Source: Takakia lepidozioides
Taxonomy: Eukaryota > Plantae > Bryophyta
Assembly: GCA_030704615.1 (NCBI GenBank)
Contig: CM060734.1
Coordinates: 58,156,001 to 58,220,000 of the forward strand
DNA length: 64,000 nt
Direction: 5' to 3'
In this document: piece by piece, positions 1-13,800 of the stretch
Position numbering within the stretch: position 1 is the stretch's first letter
Layout: every line of letters begins with the position of its first letter
Position numbers and translations under genes: made by a program
Notes under the pieces: model-generated
Database searches by the model: none
What the model saw: only the letters and a program-made list of their open reading frames with translations
What the model was told of the DNA's origin: nothing

Positions 1-3000
1 GTGGCAGGAACTTCAGGCAAAGTGGTAATTGATGGTGGTAGTGATGATGAGGGGGCCAGCACGGAGGCACATGGGCGGGCTATTGTTGATGTGCTAGGTA
101 GGGAACGCCGCAATGAGGTTTTGGCAGCTGTTTATATGGTGCGCTCAGACGTTAGCCTTACTGTCCGGCAGGTATTCAACCTTGTCCACCTCTTAAGGTT
201 TTAGATGGCTTTGGAGTTATATCTGAATCACTCGGCTTTGCAATCTCAGCATGCAATGTTGACTCAAATTTGCATATCAATTCTGGTTGCAAGCCGGAGG
301 AAGCACCTGTCAAGTTGTTCCATTTGGTGCTTTGTTGCGTTAAAGCTGGTTTATGTGCTGTCTAAGGTGCCACTTGTTTCCTGTTTCATTTTTTCTTATT
401 GCATGTACTGGTTTCCAGGCTGCCTTGCATGTGTGGAAGACTGTGGTGGCCAACACCCCCAAAACTTTAAAGGAAATCATGCCTGTCTTGATGAGCACCC
501 TTATTTCTTCACTGGCCTCAACATCTTCAGAACGCCGTCAGGTGCGGTTGTTGGTTCGAAGGACAGTGGTTGCTTTGTTAACTACAGTGTAGATTCTGTT
601 CAATATACAGGAGCTTATTTTTGCAAGGTGGTGATTTGCAGAACACTACTTGTATTCTGCTATTTTCTGTAGTTATGATTCAGAAGCCATCCACCCTTCC
701 TGTTTGTCAACACACTTCAACTGGTTTCTTAAATCAATGCTTTGTTTCCCTTTGCATAGGTTGCTGGCCGCTCACTAGGTGAGCTTGTGCGAAAACTAGG
801 CGAGAGAGTACTCCCATCCATCATTCCTATACTAGCTCGCGGACTGGAAGATGAAGTTGCAAGCACACGACAGGTCAGTCATCCATGCTCATGCCTGACA
901 GGATCCTGTTTGCATAGTGACATTAAAGCCAAGTACTTACAACCTTCTTGTTTGGTGGGATATGCAGGGCGTATGCATGGGTCTTAGTGAAGTCATGGGA
1001 AGTGCAGGCAAGCACCAGCTTGTGGCATATATGGCGGAGCTTATTCCCACCATTCGGACTGCCCTTTGTGACAGGTGCTTTTTTCTTCTCCATTTTGAAG
1101 GGTGAAAATTTACTAGTATTTGTTTTGGCTGATCTTGTATTCATTTAACCCTTGTTCTAAACTTTGTCTGTTGGCATTTTATGCAGGGTTCCCGAAGTTC
1201 GAGAGGCAGCTGGCTTAGCATTCAGCACACTGTTCAAGGTCTGTTCTTGACTTGTTTTCTGCTGAATTGAGTAATATTGCTTGGGTCTATTATCATTAAA
1301 GTGGGCCAGGCTGTAAGAACACTGACCGAGAAATCTATGGACGGGTTTGATTTTTCTCTGATTTTAGATGCCACTTTCATCTGACAGAGTGCAGGGATGC
1401 AAGCAGTTGATGAGATTGTTCCTGCTCTTCTTCATGCTTTAGAAGATGATGACACCTCGGCAACTGCTCTTGATGGCCTTAAGCAGATTCTCAGGTATTT
1501 CTGAAGGAAATTCTTTGGAAGCATGCTTTAGAAGTTTCGTGGTTTTCAGCAAGGTGCTGAAGTATGAAGGCACAGCTGACCATTGTTTGTATCTGTACCA
1601 GTGTGAGAACAGCAGCAGTACTCCCACATATCCTGCCAAAGCTGGTGCATCCACCCTTGACGTAAGCTTCTGGCTCTTGGGACATGTCACCACTCTTTCA
1701 ACTTTCAATTCATTTTTTACTGTGTGGTTTGTGTCGTGCACTACGTACCATGGTTTGTGACATGTATTATGTACCGTGTGTGTGTATTCTGGACTATGTT
1801 TGCAATGCATCAAGACCACTTAATGACATTTGGTTCCTAAACCTTGGGTTCACATCCATACAACCTTTATAAAGTAGGCACATATGATGATAATGGCTCT
1901 GCATTTTCTTTTGTCCTGTCTAAGGTTTGATTTCTTGCAGTGCTTTCAATGCACATGCGCTAGGAGCTCTGGCAGAGGTGGCAGGGCCTGGTCTAAATAC
2001 CCACATGCCCACTTTATTGCCACCATTGATATTCTCCATGGGTGATGAGGATCAGGTGACTACTACTCTTCTGCATCTGTCACTTTTTATTTTGGGACAC
2101 CTTCTTGATTGTCCCTCTATTAGTGCAATTTCAAAGCCTGCTGTTGTCTGATGGTATGTTTGCTATGATCTGGTGATTTGGTGATCACACTTTCAAGTCC
2201 TTGGGGTGAGGTTCAGGCAACCGTGTTGCTCCGTTAGATTGTGTCCATTTTCCAAACCGAAGGCAGTAGCCCTTCGGCACCATAGTTTACACTTGCTTTG
2301 GCAGGGGTCAACCTTTTTGGTGATCACCTTTCTTGAAGCACAGACGTTTTTCCACTGTAATGTTATGGTGCAGGATGTTGCTCCTTTGGCAAGACGTGCT
2401 GCCGAAACGGTGGTATTGGCAGTTGATGCGGAGGGGCTTGACTCTCTTGTGTCCGAACTTGTGCGAGGCCTTGGGGATTCACAGGTGGGTTTTGCAGGGT
2501 TGCAAGCTGAACACGACACTTTTGAGGTAGTGCCTAGCACTTGAACTTGGGGAGTTACAATTTAGGTTTGACCTTCAGTTGAACCATTATGTCTTTTGGA
2601 CTTGAGTTTCTGAAGTTCACCAAGCTTCTGATTAGTTGTTGGACGTGTGCAGGCTGCTGTGAGAAGGGGGTCAGCGTACCTTGTGGGTTTTCTCTTCAAA
2701 AACACAAAGCTGGGCATTGAAGATGATGTTCCCAATTTTCTTTCGACCTTGCTTGTCATGCTCACTGATCCTGACCAGCAAACTGTCCAGGTCAGTAATG
2801 GTGCTGTTCTCTTTCATGTTTGCTCCCATACATGCACTTCATAAACCATCTCTTTATGTTTCTTTTATAAGGTGTGATTTTACAGTATCAGTGTTTATAT
2901 ATGCCAATAATCTCCTGTACCTGCATTTCAGGCTTCATGGGAGGCACTGGGAAGTGTAACAGGGACGGTTGCCAAAGAGAATCTTCCTTCTTATTTGAAA

Positions 3001-6000
3001 GTTGTTTGTGATGCTGTTTCTACTGCCAGAGACAAAGAACGCCGCAAGCGCAAGGTTGGTTATACGTTTGACCTTACATAAATGTTTCTTCTTTCTTCAT
3101 CACATCCAAGCAAGACCGCAATTGACTCATTAGAAGGGAGCTTATGGAACTACATGTCAGGAGAACCTGGAAGCTACCCAATCTCACGACAAAGCACCAT
3201 TTCTATTGAGAAACATTCTTGGTTCTCCGAGATGATAGAATCTTGCGGCCCAATTACCTTTCGGCCTCTTTATCTCCTTCTCTCCTGAGGGCATTAGGAT
3301 GGTTCATGGTGGGCTCCCACAACGTACGGATAGAGACTGGCAGACTTGCAGCGGGAGGACTGCCTATGTCCAGCTTGTATAGGGAACAACCAGGAAATTG
3401 AAACTGAAGTACACTTCTTCTATTGTCTTCTATACTATGAGATCCGTGGGAGATTCCACTTTCTATTCCGTGGAACCCAATCTCTCACTGAAGTCTTTCA
3501 TTATGAAGACCAGAAATACTCGGCAGCTTACCTGCACGAGGCATTCACCCTTAGACAATCTCTCGAACAATAGCTTTTATCTGTGGTTCTGATTTTGTTT
3601 CCTTTCTCATGTTTTTCTTTCATTTTGCCCCATAAGCACTATGAGCTTTCCGCAGACGTTATGAAGCACCATTTCATTTCATTTCATGTCTTCTTTCTGT
3701 CGGGGGAATGGCCTAGAGGTAAACACTGAGAGGATACTGTCTGTCAGGTCTGCACTGCCAGAAGTGGAAACAGAACACTCTTTCTTCCCCCTGTGCTGCA
3801 CACTACGATCTCTTTAGAACTTCCCAATCTTTGGTGGGGAAGCCTTGAGCTTTGAAGATTCAAAGTGCCTCAGGCCTACCTGCTCGAGGCAATTCATCTT
3901 CCAGGCAACACTTAATGTATTTTGAATTAGTTCTTGGTTTGTTCTACCATGTCCCCTGGACTGTTGTTGATGTTATAAAGTTTCTTCATTTCTTTCCTTT
4001 GTTAAGATTGTGACGGTCCTTCTTTGTGTCCTTGTTGGGCCTCCTGTTGCTGTGATAAATTCCTGTTGTTCATGAGTGGTCCCTACTGATTTCAGGGAGG
4101 AGCCATATTGATTCCTGGCTTTTGTCTTCCAAAAGCTTTGCAGCCTGTATTGCCAATCTACCTACAGGCAAGTTTTACATCAACTCTCTTTAACGCAACC
4201 TAAGAGTATTCTCCCGGTTTCATTCTTCCTGGACCTGGTTATGTTCTTTGGACCTATTGTGATAAGTTGGGGACAGTCCATGGCATCAATGGTATTTTGG
4301 AAATGGGGTGCAGGGGCTTATGAGTGGATCAGCAGACCTGAGGGAGCAGGCAGCAGAAGGGCTTGGGGAGTTGATTGATGTCACAAGCGAGGCGGCTTTG
4401 AAGCCATTCGTGGTTCCTATCACTGGGTATGGCGGTTTTTTTGTGTGCAATGCCGTACATGATGATCACCTCTTTGTTGTCTGTAGAATTTGTTTCTTCT
4501 GAAGGCTGAGGTTATTAACCTTGCACTCATTACAAAGGGACTGGCTGATGCTGGAAATGTAGGCCTCTTATACGGATTATAGGAGATAGGTTCCCATGGC
4601 AAGTGAAGAGTGCAATCCTTGCGACGCTTGGAGTTATGATTAGCAAGGGTGGCATCGCTTTGAAGCCTTTCCTCCCACAACTTCAAACAACATTTATCAA
4701 ATGCCTGCAAGACAATACAAGGTCAGTGGACCATCTGCTTCCCGATGGATTGCATAGTCTTATCCCCTACCCTTTGGTTGCTCTTGCACCCTGATCTGCC
4801 TTCCTCTCTCTACAAGGTAGTAGCTACCCAACAATTCAACAAATCTCATTTTACAGCATTTAGGAAGTATTGCAAATGAAATGAAATGAAATGAAATGGT
4901 GCTTTATAACGTCCGCGGAAAGCTCATAGAGCTTTGCAAAGAAAGGGAACCAAGGTCAAAGGAAGATCAGGTGGACTGTGGTGAGCAGCAGGGGGGTCAC
5001 AAATCACATAAAATGGACCAAGGATGTTCATATGCTGAATTTGCACGTGCAGATCCGTGCGATCAAGAGCAGCCTGGGCTTTGGGAAAGCTCACAGGTTT
5101 GAGCGCCCGGGTTGATCCCCTTGTTGGAGACCTCCTCTCTGGGCTTCAGGTCTACCTTGTAACCTCAATTTAATATCCTGCTTCTCAGCCATCAATCTGT
5201 AGGGTAGGTAGCATCAAGCCAAGTCCATTTTGCTAGGACTCAATGATTATAGATGGCTCAGCAATGCTTGTGTTCGTCATTAAGTACTGGAAACATAAGG
5301 GAAATCTCTGTCACTGTTCTGTTCTTGGTAAAGTCATTGATTTCATTTTTTTCTACGGTGCCTCTTACCTGTAGCCTCAAGTCCAGTGGAGGTCCATCAT
5401 TCGAAACTGACAACAGCCTTTGATACAATATATTTGGAGTTTATCCTGTAGACCTCAGAAGGAGGAGTGAAGGAGGCTATGCTGGTGGCATTGAAGGGGG
5501 TTATGACACATGCTGCCAAAAGTGTCAGTGCACCAGTCATTGCCCGTGTGCTGATAGCCTTACAAGACCTGTTACCTGCCGATGAGGATGATGTGAGGGC
5601 CTCTGCAGCAACCACATTGGGCATTGTTTCTCAGGTTTGGACCCTCATTGGTTCATCTTGGGTGTGATTTCCAGTCCCCTTGTCACAAGATTTACAGCTC
5701 AGGTCTGGTTGGTTAGCATCTCAATCTCTCCTCAACCTTAGGATGGGTACTACTTAGAGTCATGGCTGAGAGTGAAACGATAATAGGGTGAAGCAGTACC
5801 CGTGGATGGTGGCATAGGCACAGCGGGAATGCTTGATTACTGAGACAATTATGGGTTTTGGTTCTGGTTCTGACCTAGGGACCTTCTGGTTTCTATGCCT
5901 GGATGGCTTGTAGCATTTTGTCCTGATAGGCAGGAGTGGGGTTAGTATGTGGGAGATGCAGAGTTTGGTAGTCTACTGCAGGCATTGTCAACACCAGGCT

Positions 6001-7724
6001 CTTCTCAAGCCTGGACACTCCGTCATGGGTCCACATTAGCCTTGGCTTCTGTCCTTCGACATGCTGCTGCACGAGTGTGTACTTCACCATCCTGGCTTTC
6101 ATCGCTGGTGGTGTCCCTCAAAACCAGAGCTAAGGATGACAAGGTACAAAATCATCTGAGTTGAAATTATGCAGAGTAGAGGATAGCAATATGCTTGAAA
6201 TTGTCTTCGCCCTGTATGCATCTCTATGCATCTCTACCTGCACTTGTCAGAAGTAGCCCTGCTGTTTTGATGCTTCAAAATGGTTGTGCATGGCAGGTCC
6301 CTATTCGAGGAAGTACAGGCAAAGCCATAGGCAGGTTGCTGGTGTTCCAGCTGAAAGACAGTCCTTCCCCTCCTTCAGTTGGAGAGTTGCTGCCAGTACT
6401 AAGCTCTCTGTTGAGTGATGATTCGAGTGACGTGCGCAGACGTGCTCTAAGTAGTGTCAAGGCAATGGCCAAGGTAATAATCATCGATGGAGTATGCATA
6501 CTAGTTTCTGAAATAATGTACATTGCAATGTTCACTTGCCAAGGTCATCATGAAGTAATCAACTTTTTTATATTTTTCTACCTACATGTACAGTCAACCC
6601 TCTATAAATGTTACTTTAGGAAGGCCAAAAAAAAGAACTAATAGAGAGGGTTAACACTTAAAAGAATAAATAGAACTAACTTAGAAAAATCTTCAATTAG
6701 AACCTCCCAATGATTTTCAGGCTACTTATACAGAGGAAAGTTTACTGGGAAAGATATCTGTTTTCTAAATTTCTATTAACTTGTAACATGTTACCACTTA
6801 CCATGTATTTTTGTAGGGAGCAAGATTTTATTAACACTTATCCACGGAACATTTAGAGAGGGTTGATATTTATCACTCTCTTCCTGACTGGAATCTACTT
6901 GACTGAATCATCACATGCAGGTGAATTTAGACGGGCTGGTCTCGGTGGTGGGCCCTGGGGTGGCCGACTGTCTCAAGGACAGCAGTGCACCCGTTCGTAT
7001 GGCTGCTGAGCGATGTGCACTCCACCTCTTCCAACTCCCTCGGGGTATACATTGGATATTCATCCCTCTCTTTTCTCTTTGATGTGGCATGTTGCCACTG
7101 AAAAGAGTCCCTGCAATGTCAGCTGTCAGCAACAGTCAACATAATCATTCTACATGATCTTTGGAAAGTTTAATGTGATCATGGTTTTCATTGCTCAATT
7201 ATTGCTTTACTCGAGGATGACAAAGCAAAAGGACATTAACCCATGAGAGAAGGGGGAATGTAGTTGTGAGTTTGTTAAGCTTTCAATGCTCAAAATGAGC
7301 TTGCTCTCTGTCAGATGTTCGTCACAGCATTTTGATGCATTTGGGCAGTTTGGGCTCTTCTGAACAAAGGAAGGTAACATTCTGATTCCATTGGCTGGCT
7401 GTCCATGGCAGGTGTTGAGAATGTGCAGGCAGCGCAAAAATACATTACTGGCTTAGATGCCCGTCGAATCGCAAAGCAACAAGAAGCCAGGTGTGCTGGG
7501 TGTTCCCATCTTTTCCTGTGCTCTGTCTGTGGTCCAGACTTTACACTTTAGAGTGGTTCATGACTTCCCCTCTTATCCAATATGTTCCATATTTAGAAGT
7601 AGTGAAGCTTGGGAATGCAGACTCAGTTTCTTCTCCAAGGATCCATGTTAGCAATATTCTGATTTCTTGGTGGTTGGTCTGCAGCGATGGCAGCGAGGAT
7701 AGTGAAGGAGACACTGTACTCTGA
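1..7724 (+). CDS. GCN1: GCN1/ILITYHIA translational activator (HEAT-repeat protein), 3' part; 21 exons: 1-171, 419-541, 760-873, 968-1074, 1187-1238, 1388-1494, 1602-1661, 1941-2055, 2374-2484, 2653-2790, 2932-3054, 4096-4167, 4314-4426, 4563-4721, 5053-5149, 5452-5634, 5946-6143, 6297-6473, 6921-7044, 7412-7490, 7685-7724
   Basis: Spliced translation gives characteristic GCN1 peptides ([86 protein letters not shown]). Splice sites are GT-AG except one GC-AG; stop TGA at 7722-7724; the 5' end lies outside the window. Confidence 0.95.
3290..3690 (+). mobile_element. Non-LTR retrotransposon (LINE, RTE-like) 3' remnant inside a GCN1 intron
   Basis: Degenerate C-terminal Zn-knuckle region (VRIETGR...CLCPAC...[19 protein letters not shown]), followed by a 3' tail ending in (ATTTC)n at about 3670-3687. 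Confidence 0.6.
4874..4932 (-). mobile_element. Short 3'-end copy of the same LINE-like family
   Basis: Reverse complement (CTATGAGCTTTCCGCGGACGTTATAAAGCACCATTTCATTTCATTTC) matches 3639-3687; another copy lies at about 51545-51582 in the cupin intron. Confidence 0.6.
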
Positions 7725-10103
7725 TGACTCTTCGTAAAGCTTTTGATTTTTCTTGGGTTTTTTGGACAAACTCAGAAATACTTCTTGATATGTTGAAGGA
7801 GTGGAAGGAGTATGTTTGTTGTAGATTGCATATAGCCCTTCCAGATGTCTAGATTTGGTAGTGCTATACTAGCTAAGGATTCATATAGAACCGAGGACCC
7901 CTGATAAAACTTGGCATTTCTATCTGTGTCATGGTAAGCATGTAAGCTGCAGGCCTGGTAGTAAACCGATTGTCCTCTGGGTGGAACCAAAGTGCTCCCT
8001 TCTGTACTGAAGAGCATATGCTGATGGTCAGTATGCCTGTGGAATAGACTAGGTGTGAGTTGACTGATCCTTGGAACTCAGGACATGAGAAAATTCCTAG
8101 AGATTGGAGACCAATGCTTCTTTAACAGCATAAGAAGATTTTAGCTTTGTGTTGTAGATTCAGAGTGTTCACTAAAACCTTGGGACCTACTGTCGTCCCA
8201 TCCTCTGCCACCAGATCCCAGATTATAAGAGAGCAGCAATCCAGCAGGAATTTATTGGCGGATTTGCTATGTATGCTTCAAGTCATCCTGTCAACCTAGA
8301 GTGAGCATGGTACTGGCAAAACCCATCTTGGACCATATGCCTTCAGGCCCTTCTTTTTCCTGGGAGTCCGATATCGTGGAAGGTCACAACTATTACTACT
8401 ACAAGATCCCTCATCAAAAACCTGAGACACACGTAATGTGTTTGATCTGGAGACACTTGCAGACAGCCTTGCTTTCATTAGGTATTAAAGGGGTTGGTGC
8501 AACTTGTTGCTTGATCAAGGCAACTCCTCATCCTTAGTGTGGGTTGGGATTGCCACCAGTTGTGATAGTCTACATTTGAGCTGGGTCTAGTGTCAGTGTT
8601 TAGTCCAGTCATTGTATGCACATTGAAAATGCCGTATCACTCAGTTATCCTGTCCAAAGAGCTGTTTTAGTTCATGAATATCTGGAAGAAGTTGCCATAC
8701 TTTTGTGACCATATGCCCTCATATTGAGTAACAACTCTCACCTCCATAAAACAGGCTGCAGGAGAGGGAATGCATTGGCAGTCTGTCTCTGGCAAGACTT
8801 GCATCTTTGTTAAGACTGTCAAAGTTTTCTTAGATCCGTGGGGGCGCGTCATGAAGACTTGATATGGGTAGTTGATGGCCAGATTGTCTGTATATTTTGA
8901 GACTTGGCCTCATTTGTTTCTCCATGCATTTCACAAAAGTCAAGCATATATCTGAAGGAACCCTTGTTTCAGCAGCAAAGGTTGGAAGGCCTCTCAAGAT
9001 GTGCTCATATCCACTGTTCAGAAAAGCTTCTCAGTCTCTGGCTTACGAGTGGGTCACATTGAGGGTCATGGGTGTTGATGTTGAGTTGTTATTTGTCGTT
9101 GAAAGGTCTCATACATGATGCAGTACCTTCACCCAAGTGTACATGTCTGTCAAATTCAAGTGAAACACCATTAGTGAAAGAGTAAACTCCATGAAGTTAT
9201 GATAACCCTGCCCATGACCTGCTGGAATGAAACAGATTCTGTGAACTTTGACAGAAGACATTGCCTCTCAAATCCTTGTGTCCAAGTAGGAAAGCTTCAT
9301 ATCATCAAACATGAAGATATCACAACAAGACTGTTGGTTTTATCTTAGTTCACATTCACCTTCATCTTCACCTTGGAGATTAGTTTTTGTTGTCTTCCTC
9401 ATAATTGGGTTCGTCAACGTCTTCCACTTCTCTTTTACTGATAGCAATGCTACTTTCTCCTAGGCTTCTTCCTCTGCAGATACCTTTTAGCAACATTTGA
9501 GAATACTTCTCATAGCATGACACTTTTGCGCCCTGTGCAATCTAGACAGTGGCGGTCCCCTCCCCCTAACCCTTGTGTTACTTTAAGAGAGAGGACTTGG
9601 CTTAATTAAATCATGCAACTCTTCCCAATTCGGACTAGGGACTTTCAAATTTGGTGTGTATATGTATAATGAAATGGAAAAGTCCTCATCCCCGCCAATT
9701 TCACACATAAGAACCACACATCGTTGAAAATGTGCACTGTGTCAAGTTATTTTACCACTAGTGTGAAACTAGTTAGGAAATAGTTCGTTTTGATATATTG
9801 ACATTTGAGATTGGTGCAAGTATCAATCCAGGGGTGAAGGTATGTTTAGGCACTTGGCGTGGTTATCTCCATGGCAAGCGCGGTGGGCTCATCTTTCTCG
9901 AGTTGAGGCGCGGTGAGAGTTGAGCCCACCGCGCCTAGCTATGGCGCCGTAGTATGGATTCCCTGGGTGTACTTGGCTTGACTTTATATGAGTGATGATG
10001 TGCAAAGTTTGTGAGCTCGGGAGAACTTGTATTCTTCTTATTTATCACTCGAGAAAGATGAGCTCGTATCTGTGAGTGCCAGATACGAGTCAGTTGTAGC
10101 ACG

Positions 10104-10243
10104 ACAACCAACATGTAGCCCAGTGGTAATGGGCACATACCATGTTGGATGTGGTTGTGGGTTCAAACCACCATCTGGTGTGTCATGAAGGTGTCCACCT
10201 TCCTGCTGGCAGTGGTCCTTCGGGGTCAAGTGACACCATAAAA
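10104..10243 (+). mobile_element. tRNA-derived SINE-like element
   Basis: Pol III A-box (GTAGCCCAGTGGTAA, 10115) and B-box (GGGTTCAAACC, 10159); related copies at 30835-30922 (-) and 31245-31397 (+). Confidence 0.6.
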
Positions 10244-10347
10244 TGGCGTCATGATTATTATTTTTTGATTAGTTGTAGCACCTGTGGTTTTTGCTTGAGA
10301 ATGAGAGAAATCCAATTGGGATGTGAGGGAGCATCATCAAGTTCGTG

Positions 10348-11050
10348 TTACGAGTAGGTGGAGGTAGAGAACACATACTGGCACCTTCTTGGGTTTTGAA
10401 TTTGGATCCCCTTCTGCAACTTTCCTCTTCCCTCTCTCATCTGCTGGAATTCTGTCTGCTCTAGGGTTTGTAGACCTTCTCCCGGTTCAGTGTTCCCCGG
10501 ACTTCCACCTCCTTCAGTTTCCCTTCGAATCACCTCTGCTTCCATAGTCTGGTTTCCAACGCTCACTGTTCTCTCTGACTATGTGACAGCTGCAGCCTCA
10601 TTCTCGGTCTGCTCTTGTGTTGCAGTCTCCGCGTTCACCTGCTGAGTCTCTCTCTAAGGGAAGTAAAATAAAGTGACTTCCTTCTCTTTCGTATCGTAGA
10701 AGGAACCCTCTCCAGCTTGACTACCTCTCTCCCTCTAAGTGCGAAAACTAGAAAGACAAAGTGACTCTTGATTTCTTCCGGAGTTGCGTGCATTGGGGAT
10801 TGCCTCTAGAAGCATCGGATTCCCTCTCGCGTGACCGTTACACAAATGTCGTTCCCTTATTAGTGCACCTGCCAGCCATTAGTGGACAGCTGTTCGTCTG
10901 CAATGTAGTAATCGATGTCTGACGTGTGTCGCCCAAAATGAACGGCGTGTCGTTTATTTGAACGGTTTCAATAATTGAAGATAACAGCGACAGATAATAT
11001 AAATGAATACCACATTGCATATAAACAATGACTGCTCAGCCTAAACCAAA
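10348..11050 (-). mobile_element. Fragment of MULE-like ParB/MTase element copy B: cargo exon 1 and half of the bidirectional promoter
   Basis: Collinear similarity to 58870-59530 (e.g. GTGACCGTTACACA, TAGTGCAC-TGCCAGC, GACGTGT-CGCCCAAAA; peptide EAE--RR-TE-GGS--N-EP-EG). Confidence 0.8.
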
Positions 11051-11053
11051 ATG

Positions 11054-11567
11054 AGTGGGGATGGCATAGGACTCACCATGGGGTGGAGACCTCGAGGTGG
11101 GAGTCGTGGGGAGTCTTGGGACTCATCACGGTCCATTGGGGCCGCGGTGAGTGGGCCAAGACTCACCGCGACTCACCACCGGGAATCGAGGGTCTTCGTG
11201 GTGGTTCGCCATAAAATGGCATGGCTGGTTGTGAAACCCCCGCGGACAGCTACAGAAGTATATATAGGGAGTAGTAACCCCGAGAACGGTGCAAGCCCGT
11301 TGGTGACCAAAAACTAGTGAGTAAGCGAGCGAGCCGGAAAGCGACCAAAGAGTGGGGAGCTGTTCCGGACTGCCAACTACCAAAGGGAATTCCCGCTGGT
11401 TCCAAATCGGTGGAGGGTTCTTTGGGAGAACAAAGGGGGGACCATTATGCCCCGGTGAGCAGCCGAAGCTCCAAGTTGGCCCGGCGGCCAGGTTAGGAGT
11501 CAGGCGCGCGCATCAAAGCGAGTAACTATGACTTGAAGGGGAGCTTACCGAAGTGAGGTGCGCGACA
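11054..11567 (+). repeat. Displaced, inverted distal part of the 3' LTR of Gypsy element 1
   Basis: Reverse complement of 19579-20092; ends in GTGCGCGACA followed by TACCT, the TSD partner of TGCCT read on the minus strand at 20306-20310. Confidence 0.9.
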
Positions 11568-12745
11568 TACCTGACTCCAAAATGTAGCTTTGTGAAGCCA
11601 ATTGTCAAACACAATGTCACTGATTCCTTCCACCTTTGTGCCGGGCTGTATAGTACTATTTGGGAACTGATTCAAGTCCTTCACTGTCTGATCTGAGTTC
11701 CAAATCTCCAGCCATCTTTTTTTGGTTTGGGGGTCAACCAGGGAGATGGCCAACCGGTGCAATTTCTCCTACTGCATCTCCGGGTGCACATGCTTGTCAT
11801 AGTGAGATTTGATCTGCAGAATGAACTCAGCACCAAGGCCAGGATCTACCATTCTAAGCTGCTTTCCGAAGGACATCAGTTTGGTTCTGCGGATTTCAAA
11901 CTCCTTCTTTATTGCTGCTTCCACACCCTTTGATGTCCTAAGTTCCTCTGTTGAAATGAAATACAAACATGTATTTAGAAAGACAAGTGAGTACAGGCTC
12001 AGCCTTACCGCATACATGTACTCCAGAAACGCCTCTCGAGTCTAAGAATACCAAGTGCCTGCAGCTCTTCCTGTTTCGCACTTCTTGATAATATCGGGGT
12101 GGAGTACTGTGCAAAAATCATCCGGCTTCATCAGACCAATCCTCTGTATTTGGAACAGTGTGTGGACCAAGCTTGTTGTCATTTCTCTATCGATCTGCAA
12201 AAAGATTGGAAACAATGCATTGGTAAACATCGTTTTTTGGTGGGATTAACAAGACATTGGAGAGGTAATGAAGTCTCTAGGATGACTTACTTATTCACGT
12301 CGTGCATAGCTGTAAGAAGCCTAGCGATGTCATTTCCAGGATCCAAAACCATTGCCTCTACAACAACATGCTTGTCTTTGTCTTTTGCATGATGTTTCTG
12401 AATGTATCCCATCCATGCCAACAATCGGTGGTTGCCGTCCCAGACGTAGAACATGTGGTTGCAGAATTGCTGGGTGTTTCTTCCCATCATGAGGCCCAGC
12501 TCGAACTCCTCATTAACATCCTTCCAGCACTCATCCCAGGTATCTGTGATCTCAGGAGACACTAATGTGCTTTTCCCATTTGTATCCATCAGTAACACAT
12601 AAAAAACTTGTGCACCAAGTCTGTATCCATGCACGAAATCAGTTTCCAATTTTGTTATGTCATGGGAAAGAGGGGGACGCACAACAGGCATAGATATCAT
12701 CCGGCATAGTGGGATGTCCAGACGCCCTCCAGAGACGAGCATGTC
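11568..12745 (-). pseudogene. Copy B cargo gene, exons 2-4 (ParB-like domain), truncated and internally deleted
   Basis: ORF 12287-12742 (FYVWDGNHRLLAW) is nearly identical to 57801-58260; the downstream exons match 56997-57710. Confidence 0.85.
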
Positions 12746-13800
12746 GCAGGAACTTCACAGGCACCTGCTTCAAAGATTCCCAATCAATTCCTCGCAACTC
12801 ACTTTTGAAACTTGCCATTCCTCCCATCGCCCGCAGTTTTTGAATGACATTACAAATGCAATCTTCATCCGCTTCCCCAACTACAGTAGAAAGGCTTGGA
12901 TTTGGAATTTCACTTATGTCATCATCGGACAAATCCGAAAGCTCAACGATTGGAGTGGAGGAGTCTGTTCTTTTTTCACCACCACCTCCCTCTTGTCTTC
13001 AACGACTGAAGCAGCAGTCTCGGGCGTCACATATGATCCAAGGGACTTTCGCCGAGGCTCTCCAAGTACTCTGTATCGACCAGGGCGCACTCTCCACTGG
13101 CTGACATGAGCCGTCTCATCACAGTTTTGGAAAGAATATTTCAACAACTTCCCTTCCAAATCGTACACCTCTTTCTCTAAAAAGATGGAGCCATTCTGAA
13201 GCTCAAACCGGGTAGCCAAGACATGTTCCAGGACAATTGCGAATCCATTGTCAAGGGCTTCCTTGGAGAACGGCACTGGTTTGTTGTTAGAGAAGAACTC
13301 CGCTTCAGAGGAAGCCATCTTCCCTCCTCTCGTACAAAGATGCCTTGCTATCGCAGCTCTTCACTGAAATCTGTTGACTGAGGTCTCCAGGACACTGTTG
13401 AAGAATGAGCAGAGAATATCGCGGAGAAAGCTCACACAATGATTGTGCATATTCTGTTATTCCTTCCAGACATGCAGCCGTCCATTTTTAAAAAAAAATT
13501 GTGGGCCCTGTAGACAAAGTATCCCTAGGAGCAATTTCGGTAGCTGTTAAACCTTTATTCAGAACCTCATAAATAAACATAATAACCAGCCAACTTCTCG
13601 GAAGTGTGCCAAAGGATGTGAGGGTGGGATAGCAGATGAAGTAAATGCATCTTTATACTAGTACCAATGATCATGCGCACCTGGAACGTCTAAACTGTGA
13701 AACGTACATGGGGTTGGCTTACAATGATGAATGTGTATGATATCCAAAAATTTGTCATCAAACACTCGTTCATTTACATTTATTTGTCTGAGATTGTGCG
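12746..13800 (-). pseudogene. Copy B transposase 5' end (start 13318) with upstream promoter half
   Basis: MASSEAEFFS...LKQVPVKFL matches the N-terminus of ORF 60030-61850; abrupt junction with cargo exon 2 at about 12746. Confidence 0.85.

Noticed and set aside
9878-9934. 14-bp inverted repeat GCGCGGTGGGCTCA...TGAGCCCACCGCGC as an ncRNA or terminator
   Set aside because: It is a single short hairpin with no other support, most likely a MITE remnant.
10115-10170. tRNA gene
   Set aside because: A and B boxes are present, but no cloverleaf or acceptor stem could be formed, and the copies extend into a shared non-tRNA body.
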